DNA from: Candidatus Bathyarchaeia archaeon
Lineage (GTDB): Archaea > Thermoproteota > Bathyarchaeia > Bathyarchaeales > Bathycorpusculaceae
Direction: 5' to 3'
Length of the DNA stretch: 33,851 nucleotides
Assembly: GCA_049512935.1 (NCBI GenBank)
Contig: JBEKWR010000022.1
Location: 1-33,851 of the forward strand
Of the stretch, positions 27,540 through 33,851 are shown in pieces. A program made the position numbers and the translations under genes. The notes under the pieces were generated by a model, which did no database searches, had not been told where the DNA came from, and saw nothing but the letters and a program-made list of their open reading frames with translations. How positions within the stretch are numbered: position 1 is the stretch's first letter; each line of letters opens with the position of its first letter.

Positions 27540-28385
27540 GTGGGCAAACTCGGCGGTTTCCTTCGATTGATCAGGCCAATGAACTGCATAGTGATGAGTT
27601 TCGCAGTTCTTGTTGGAGCCAGCCTAACAGGTTTCGGCAATCTTCATTGGCTGAATTTGGTTTACGGAGCAGTAACCGCGTTCACTTTGACTGGGGCTGC
27701 AATGGCGGTCAACGACTACTACGATTTTGACATAGACAAAATAAATGAACCAAAGCGCCCACTCCCGAGCGGCGCAGTTTCGATGAGAGAGGCACTGGTG
27801 TTGACAGGCGTTCTAACGGCGATCGGTCTGGTCTTCGCCTTCGTCATAAGCCTCTATTGCCTCCTGTTTGCCTTTGCAGCTTGGGTCATCATGGTCGCTT
27901 ACACGACCGTTGGAAAGCGAAGCGGGTTCGCTGGCAACTTGCTGGTTAGTGCATGTGTCGCCGCGCCTTTTCTGTACGGTAGCCTAGTGGCTGTCAACAC
28001 CATCAGGTTTAACATCTTGCTTTTCGCGTCAATGGCGTTTCTTTCAAATACGGGTCGGGAAATTGCAAAGGGCATCGTTGACGTGCAAGGCGACAGCGCG
28101 CATAACATCAGGACTCTTGCTGTGTCCTTCGGAGACAGAAAGGCTGCTTTCGCAGCGGCTGCCTGCTTTGTTTTTGCTGTCTGCCTGTCTCCTCTTCCTG
28201 TGATTTTCAATTTAGTTTCCATATGGTTTGTTCCGTTTGTGCTGGTTACCGACGTTGGCTTGGTTTGGTGTTCAGTATCGTTGATAAGGAATTCTTCAAG
28301 AGATAATGCGCGTCAAATAAAGAAGATTGTTCTTTTCTTATTCGTTTTCGGTTTGCTTTCATTCATTTTCGGGACATTCAGGTGA
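27540..28385 (+). CDS. Digeranylgeranylglyceryl phosphate synthase (UbiA family)
   Basis: LIRPMN, NDYYDFDIDKINEPKRPLPSG, GNLLVS, GREIAKGIVDVQGD. Confidence 0.9.
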   Translation: MGKLGGFLRLIRPMNCIVMSFAVLVGASLTGFGNLHWLNLVYGAVTAFTLTGAAMAVNDYYDFDIDKINEPKRPLPSGAVSMREALVLTGVLTAIGLVFAFVISLYCLLFAFAAWVIMVAYTTVGKRSGFAGNLLVSACVAAPFLYGSLVAVNTIRFNILLFASMAFLSNTGREIAKGIVDVQGDSAHNIRTLAVSFGDRKAAFAAAACFVFAVCLSPLPVIFNLVSIWFVPFVLVTDVGLVWCSVSLIRNSSRDNARQIKKIVLFLFVFGLLSFIFGTFR

Positions 28386-28392
28386 CAAGGAC

Positions 28393-29106
28393 ATGGCTGA
28401 GCCTGAAATCGTGATGAATTTAGGTCTACTCGGCTTATGTTACGTGTACATAATCGCCATAATCCTGATAACAAGCAAGATTAAAGATCGTATACCTGCA
28501 AATCTTTCCCGTAAATTTCTGCACATTATGATAGGCAACTTTATTTTTATTATACCATTTTTCACGCTCACAACGTTTCCGCTCTGCTTTCCCTTCTTCG
28601 TGGCTGCCCCTTTCATTTTGGTTACCTTCTTGTTTTCTCCCCTGTCTCCAGTTGACTTAAGCAGTAAAATTAGCGGGTTGGCTGAGGTCACAGGCGGAGG
28701 TCACAAGTTTGGGCTGGTTTATTACGCGATTTCTTACACTGTTCTAGCCTTATTCTTTTCAACGAAGCCGTACATTATTGCGGCAGGCATTTTGCCGATG
28801 GCGTTCGGTGACGCCGCAGCTTCTTTGGTTGGACAAAAAATTGGACGACATAAATACAACATTTTCGGTACGAAGAGCTTTGAGGGGTCAATGGCGATGT
28901 TTGCCATTTGCATTTCTGGTCTAATGGTTTGTCTTCTATTTTTCTCGCGTCTTTACCCAATCTCAATCCCGACCTTCGCGCTGGCTTCTTTAGGCGTCGC
29001 CTCAGTGGCAACGGTTTGCGAAGCGCTCACCCCGAAAGGCTTTGACAACTTGACCGTTCCGTTGTTCAGCGCCGCCGTATTTCTGCTGTTGATAGGAGGA
29101 ATATAA
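28393..29106 (+). CDS. CTP-dependent polyprenol/phytol/dolichol kinase (SEC59/DGK1/VTE5 family)
   Basis: SRKFLHIMIG, GLVYY, FGDAAASLVG, KSFEGS, E...P.GFDNLTVP. Confidence 0.88.
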   Translation: MAEPEIVMNLGLLGLCYVYIIAIILITSKIKDRIPANLSRKFLHIMIGNFIFIIPFFTLTTFPLCFPFFVAAPFILVTFLFSPLSPVDLSSKISGLAEVTGGGHKFGLVYYAISYTVLALFFSTKPYIIAAGILPMAFGDAAASLVGQKIGRHKYNIFGTKSFEGSMAMFAICISGLMVCLLFFSRLYPISIPTFALASLGVASVATVCEALTPKGFDNLTVPLFSAAVFLLLIGGI

Positions 29107-29676
29107 TTGAAGCTAGTAATCATTGACGGTTTAGACGGCTGCGGGAAAAGCACTCAAGCACATCTTATGCTGCAGTCACTGAAAAAAATGAATAAGACCG
29201 CTTGCCTGCGTGTTCACCCAGAAATTGACAACTGGTTCGGTCTCAAGGCGCGGGCTTACTTGTATTCGAAAGGTAAAAGCGCGCATTTCGCCTCAGCCCT
29301 ATTCTACATGGCAGATGTCATTCATTCAATACTCCTGTATTCATGGAGAGACGCGGACTTCGTTATTTTTGTCAGATACTTAATGGGAACTGCTTACTTG
29401 CCGTCGCCTTTAGACACGGTTGCATACAACTTCTTCGCCTCGGTAGTTCCAAAGTCAAACAGCATGTTCTTTCTTGACGTTAACCCTGAGGAAGCAGCCT
29501 CTCGAATCGCCAAAAACCGCAAACAGACTGAAATGTTCGAAAACCTTGGGGCTTTGAAAAAAGTCAGGGCTAAGGCTCTTTCGTTAACCCGTTTTGATAA
29601 GTGGATCATTATCGATTCGAACAAGCCTGCTCTCGAAGTGGCTTCAGCGTTAAAGACAAATTTGTTCGCCGAATAA
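29107..29676 (+). CDS. Thymidylate-kinase-like P-loop NMP kinase (divergent)
   Basis: IDGLDGCGKSTQ P-loop, FLDV.PEEA..RI, EMFE; VRYLMGTAY replaces the canonical DRY motif; starts immediately after the kinase stop. Confidence 0.75.
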   Translation: MKLVIIDGLDGCGKSTQAHLMLQSLKKMNKTACLRVHPEIDNWFGLKARAYLYSKGKSAHFASALFYMADVIHSILLYSWRDADFVIFVRYLMGTAYLPSPLDTVAYNFFASVVPKSNSMFFLDVNPEEAASRIAKNRKQTEMFENLGALKKVRAKALSLTRFDKWIIIDSNKPALEVASALKTNLFAE

Positions 29677-29776
29677 AGTAACCAGCAATGTTAACCTGAA
29701 GGGCGAACAGGAAGCGGAACCTAGCCATCGCTAAGTTTTTACCATAGTTACGCCCAATAATAGGTTGTGGGTAGGC

Positions 29777-29998
29777 ATGGCTAAAACTTCGCTTCTCCTT
29801 AAATGTCCCTATTGCAACTGCGATTTTGAAGCGACGCCTCCGGACAGTCTGCATTTTGACTACCTTTTCAAGGAACCGCCTGCAAGCAGCACGGAAAGCG
29901 ACGTGTTGAAAAGAGAAGTTGTCTGTGAAAACCCCGAATGCGGAAAAACCATCAAAATTTACTGGTATGCGCCAATAGAGTACTTCTGCAGAATGTAG
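29777..29998 (+). CDS. Small Zn-ribbon protein
   Basis: CPYC ... CENPEC...IYWY; ATG at 29777. Confidence 0.7.
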   Translation: MAKTSLLLKCPYCNCDFEATPPDSLHFDYLFKEPPASSTESDVLKREVVCENPECGKTIKIYWYAPIEYFCRM

Positions 29999-30177
29999 CT
30001 GACTACGAGTTAACGATCGAAAACGCTAAAACAACGATACACTATGCCTGCTTTAAAGACCATACGCTTTTTGCGGCGCATTGAAGCATTCAGAAACGGC
30101 GCAGACAAATTGCTGGAACTATCCCTTTTAGCCTTCGGTTGTCATAGAACTATTTTTTTCTTTAGGCATGGCCGGGC

Positions 30178-31473
30178 TTACGTATTCACAGCAGTTTCCG
30201 CCAGATCTGCCACTGTGAACTCTTCACCATCTTCAAAGCAGAGATTCTTGTAAATCTGCAGTGTCTGCTCAGCAGCTTCCCTCCACGTGAAGTACCGAAG
30301 TACTCTTTTCCTCCCCTTTTCTCCCCATTTCTTTGCTCGGTCAGGGTTAGAGAGGGTTTCTTTTATTCCCCACGCGATGTCAACTGGGCTTCCGCCGTTC
30401 ACGTGCACGCCGTTTTGGTCAGGCCCAGACGGCACTACCTGCTCCCTAAAGCCAACGACGCCCTGCGCACCGACTATTATCGGCTTCGCCATCGACATAG
30501 CTTCAAGACTCACTATACCAAACGGCTCATAGGTTGAGGGAAAAACGCAGACATCCGCCGCCGCATAGTGCAGAATCCGCTCTTTTTCAGGAACAAACTC
30601 AAATCTGCATGAAACCTTATCCTTTATCCCGAGCCTGTCCGCCAATTCGGTCACGTCGTTTTGCTGTTCACCCTTTCCAAGAATAACCAGTTTTGCATTC
30701 GGGTAGTCTGCTAACACCGTGGGCATGGCTTGAATCAGGTTTGTCACGCCCTTGACCCATGTCAGCCTACCAATGAACAAGATCATCTTGTCTTCGGGTT
30801 TTATCCCGTATCTTGCGCGAACCGCAGCGATTTCCTCAGGCTTTGCCACGTTTGGGCGGTATTTTTCGGGGTCTACACCGTTCCAAACGACGCTTATCTT
30901 CGATTTCGGCCAACCATGCCTAACTAGGTCTTCCTGCATGGCGTAGCTCACAGTTAATATTCTGTCTGCTTTTTCTGATGAGGCGTATTCAATGTGCGAG
31001 ACGACTTCTGAGCCTGGACCGCCCGCTCTTCCCCACTCTGTGCTGTGAACGTGGAACACGACGGGAATCTTCGTTTCGTTCTTGACCATCATGCCTGACA
31101 TGCTGCTCAACCAGTCGTGAACGCAAACCAAATCGAAGTTGCATCCCTCCTTTTTTATCATGCTGTTGATGAACTTTGAAGCGCTGAGCACGTTGTAGAT
31201 GAAGATGTTGTTGAACATGCGGATGTTCGTGCCCCATTTTTTTAAGTCTTCAGTAACGAACATTGGGAAAATGTTGCTTGCATCCGCGATCAAGGGCCGA
31301 TGTACCTCTACCCCTTTTATGATTTCTCTGGTCTTCAGTTTTCCAGGATTCAACGTGAAAACCGTTACGTCATGCCCCATCGCCACGTATTCACGAGTTA
31401 TGTAATCGGCGTAAGTGCCAAGTCCGCCAACCATTGCTGGTGGGTACTCCCAAACAAAGAACCCTATTCTCAA
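30178..31473 (-). CDS. Glycosyltransferase family 4 (glycogen-synthase-like)
   Basis: WEYPP.MVGGLG, HDWLS, HSTEWGR, NGVD, GRL..VKG, PSTYEPFGIVSLEAM. Confidence 0.93.
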   Translation of the reverse strand: MRIGFFVWEYPPAMVGGLGTYADYITREYVAMGHDVTVFTLNPGKLKTREIIKGVEVHRPLIADASNIFPMFVTEDLKKWGTNIRMFNNIFIYNVLSASKFINSMIKKEGCNFDLVCVHDWLSSMSGMMVKNETKIPVVFHVHSTEWGRAGGPGSEVVSHIEYASSEKADRILTVSYAMQEDLVRHGWPKSKISVVWNGVDPEKYRPNVAKPEEIAAVRARYGIKPEDKMILFIGRLTWVKGVTNLIQAMPTVLADYPNAKLVILGKGEQQNDVTELADRLGIKDKVSCRFEFVPEKERILHYAAADVCVFPSTYEPFGIVSLEAMSMAKPIIVGAQGVVGFREQVVPSGPDQNGVHVNGGSPVDIAWGIKETLSNPDRAKKWGEKGRKRVLRYFTWREAAEQTLQIYKNLCFEDGEEFTVADLAETAVNT

Positions 31474-31781
31474 TTTTAGCCACCGTCACGAAACATGCTA
31501 TACAAGAGCGTTAAGCGCACAAGATGTTCCCTGCATAAACGTAGCTCAAAACGAATAAATCAGTTATGAATTTCTAATTTGAATTCAGATTAACCGAGTT
31601 TGCCACGGATTTTGGTACTGGCAATACAAAAAAGGCGTCAAGAGAAAAACGCAAGAAACTGCCAACCGACTCGTCAAGCATAACGGCATCATGGAATGCC
31701 GCCGCCCATGCAGGAAGCGGCAGACTTGCCGATTGAAAATGAGGTTGAAGCGGTAAAAAACCGCCATGAGCGCCTTTATTG

Positions 31782-32612
31782 TTAGGTTTGTTTTGTCTGC
31801 GACTTAGCTTCAGGATTGACTGCAGGATTTTTTATGTTTTTCAAGCCGAGCGTGCCTATTAGGGACGGTCCTGCTTCAGGCATGTTTGCGGGCACCAGCA
31901 TTATGGTGTTTGACCCTGACTGTTGCCCAAGCTCGTAGAGGATGTTCATCCACCTTAGTCGTAGACCATCGGGGCTTTGCTCGTACATTTTGGCGGCTTC
32001 AATCATCTTCTGTGATGCTTCGAACTCGGCTGTTGCTAGGGTTACCCTGGCGATGCGTTCCCGTTCTGCTTGTGCTTGGCGGGACATGGCGTCTTGCAGG
32101 TTGTTTGGGATGATGACGTCTCGTACTTCGACGGCGGTAACTTTGATTCCCCATGACTCAGTTTTTTCGTCAATGATTTCGCGTAGTTTAGCTCCGACTT
32201 TTTCGCGTTCCGCAAGTAACTCGTTTAGGCTTTGTTTGCCGATGACTTCCCTCAAGGTTGTTTGTGAAGCAAGTTGAGTTGCTTGGTAATAGTTTTCAAC
32301 CTGTAAAACTGCTTTTTCCAAATCCACAGGCTTCATGTAAAGCACAGAGTCCACGTTTACTGGCACGTTGTCTTTTGTGAGGGTTGATTCTGTCCGAAAC
32401 TGTATCGTGTCTAGCCTTGTTGAGATTTTCAGCGGTGCCCTGTCAATTATCGGGACAAGGTAAATGATTCCAGGTCCCTTCAAGCCTACGTAGCGTCCAA
32501 GACGCAGCACAGGCATTCTTTCCCATTCTCGTAACACTCGGATTCCGCTTAAAAGGAAAACTATGACGACGAAAACTATGAATCCTATCAGACCGATTAA
32601 AACTTCATCCAT
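31782..32612 (-). CDS. SPFH/stomatin (band 7, slipin) family protein
   Basis: EWER..VLRLGR, TKDNVPVNVD, QTTLREVIG, WGIKVTAVEVRD, QAQAERER. Confidence 0.95.
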   Translation of the reverse strand: MDEVLIGLIGFIVFVVIVFLLSGIRVLREWERMPVLRLGRYVGLKGPGIIYLVPIIDRAPLKISTRLDTIQFRTESTLTKDNVPVNVDSVLYMKPVDLEKAVLQVENYYQATQLASQTTLREVIGKQSLNELLAEREKVGAKLREIIDEKTESWGIKVTAVEVRDVIIPNNLQDAMSRQAQAERERIARVTLATAEFEASQKMIEAAKMYEQSPDGLRLRWMNILYELGQQSGSNTIMLVPANMPEAGPSLIGTLGLKNIKNPAVNPEAKSQTKQT

Positions 32613-32652
32613 TCTCTCTTTGCCTCAGTATCCTATTCTGCGGTCTATGCAG

Positions 32653-33048
32653 TTAAGCTTTTTGCTCGGCTAGTTTAACCACAAGTGTGTTGCCGTCCAT
32701 GCTCACGACTTCCACTTCTTGTCCAGCGTCTATCGGCGTGTCTTGGGCGGTCGCTTCCCAGAACTCGCTGTTGACGCGGACTTCGCCTTTGGGTTTAAGG
32801 TCGGTTGTAGCTTTGCCAATTGCTCCGATTAAGGCTTCTTTCCCTGTTTTGACGCGTGTGAACTGGGCTTTGAATCCCGCGGCGAAGATGAGGATTATGA
32901 TTGCTGCGACGGCAAAGAGGGTTGCTGCTAAGGCAGCTTCGTCTGCTGCGTTTAGCCCGATGAAGGTTATTCCGTAAATGGCTACGTACAGTAGAAATGC
33001 TCCGACGGCTACCAGGACGCCGATGACTAAGGCGAGTGAAACGTGCAT
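32653..33048 (-). CDS. nfeD: Short NfeD-like protein (stomatin operon partner)
   Basis: Two TM helices then TGKEALIG..G.A.TDL.P.GEV.V.SEFWEA; directly upstream of the SPFH gene. Confidence 0.9.
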   Translation of the reverse strand: MHVSLALVIGVLVAVGAFLLYVAIYGITFIGLNAADEAALAATLFAVAAIIILIFAAGFKAQFTRVKTGKEALIGAIGKATTDLKPKGEVRVNSEFWEATAQDTPIDAGQEVEVVSMDGNTLVVKLAEQKA

Positions 33049-33266
33049 GCGAACCCCTGCTTACTACTGGATAGTCAGAGTCAGCTTATAAGATAATTGA
33101 TAAGCCAAGCGAACTGCCCTTCCGTTCGCAGCTCCCAGCAATTTTCAAAGGCTCCTTTTCCCAAGGGCAGGTTTCATGCAGGTGAAGATTAGCCCAGAAA
33201 ACTTTTTCTTGGGAACACATATAAAAGAGGGAAAAACAACATTGCTCAATGTTAAAGCTGAATAAC

Positions 33267-33605
33267 ATGACTGAGCAACCAAACGAACCGAACACTAACC
33301 AGCCCCAAACCGAGAAACTTTTAATCGACAACCCCTCAAACTTCCAGTTCCACGCTGCATACCTCGTTTATTTTGAAACCTTTGACCATGCAGGTGAAGA
33401 GGGGCAAAAGGAACTTAACCAGAACCTTGAAGATCTGAGGTCAAACAAAATAGACTATGAAACATTCTACATGAACATTTCACGCTACCGCCACATTGAG
33501 CAGATGCCAAGGCAGGGCGGAAGGCTAACTGTTGCAACGCAGAGAAAGAAAGATTGGCGCATGAAGACTCAGCGGCAGGAAAGAATCAAAAGGCACAAAA
33601 AGTAG
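33267..33605 (+). CDS. Hypothetical protein with a basic C-terminal tail
   Basis: ORF from MTEQPNEP; FHAAYLVY core; RKKDWRMKTQRQERIKRHKK tail. Confidence 0.7.
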   Translation: MTEQPNEPNTNQPQTEKLLIDNPSNFQFHAAYLVYFETFDHAGEEGQKELNQNLEDLRSNKIDYETFYMNISRYRHIEQMPRQGGRLTVATQRKKDWRMKTQRQERIKRHKK

Positions 33606-33756
33606 CCTGTCAAGACAGACTCTAAAGTCAAAATTCTTCTCTTCAACAGACTCTATAACAAGCGTTTAATTTAATCGTGTTTAAACGGTATAAACGGAAT
33701 CCTTAATTGGCACACGTTATCTGAAGGTTAAGCCTAACTTAGAGCGGGGTCTAGAT

Positions 33757-33851
33757 TTGAAAACGCTAGATGTTGCAGTCATCGGGATATGCGCAGCGCT
33801 TTACGCTGCAGTTGGGTACCTAACGGCTGGAGTGACATTTCTCGGTGTAGC
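33757..33851 (+). CDS. N-terminus of a probable ECF S-component membrane protein (3' truncated by window edge)
   Basis: TTG start; MKTLDVAVIGICAALYAAVGYLT has the AALY pattern typical of S-component TM1. Confidence 0.55.
   Translation, partial: MKTLDVAVIGICAALYAAVGYLTAGVTFLGV

Noticed and set aside
31560-31781. Short open frames between the GT4 and SPFH genes
   Set aside because: No convincing start, SD or recognisable motif; may be a gene remnant but cannot be supported

Overview
Archaeal chromosomal segment, most likely Candidatus Bathyarchaeia (inferred from aRF1 with a Zn mini-domain, eukaryote-type topoisomerase IB, DGGGP synthase, DUF5752 and lineage-typical small Cys-rich proteins). 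I see no rRNA, tRNA, CRISPR array or transposase. The window holds about 33 genes. The most unusual region is a ~9 kb cluster (20.7-29.7 kb) containing a split PEP-utiliser/dikinase-type phosphotransferase (an acceptor+phospho-His subunit with no ATP-grasp domain, plus a separate stand-alone phospho-His domain), two paralogous CrtC/tocopherol-cyclase-like proteins, two Fe-S proteins and an orphan 392-aa protein. It sits next to an operon of DGGGP synthase, a CTP-dependent polyprenol kinase and a divergent thymidylate-kinase-like enzyme, and is a candidate pathway for phosphorylation or salvage of isoprenoid (or phenolic) alcohols. Other points of interest are a signalling-like neighbourhood (HAMP sensor with no output domain, small helical partner, Roadblock-like protein with two CDC48-N-like barrels, Zn-binding protein), genes missed by the ORF track (a 45-aa ORF and a Zn protein that seems to start at ACG), two candidate structured RNA or operator elements, a membrane-anchored PNGase-like transglutaminase-fold protein and a frameshifted acyltransferase-3 remnant. 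All family calls come from motif recognition by eye, not from database searches.
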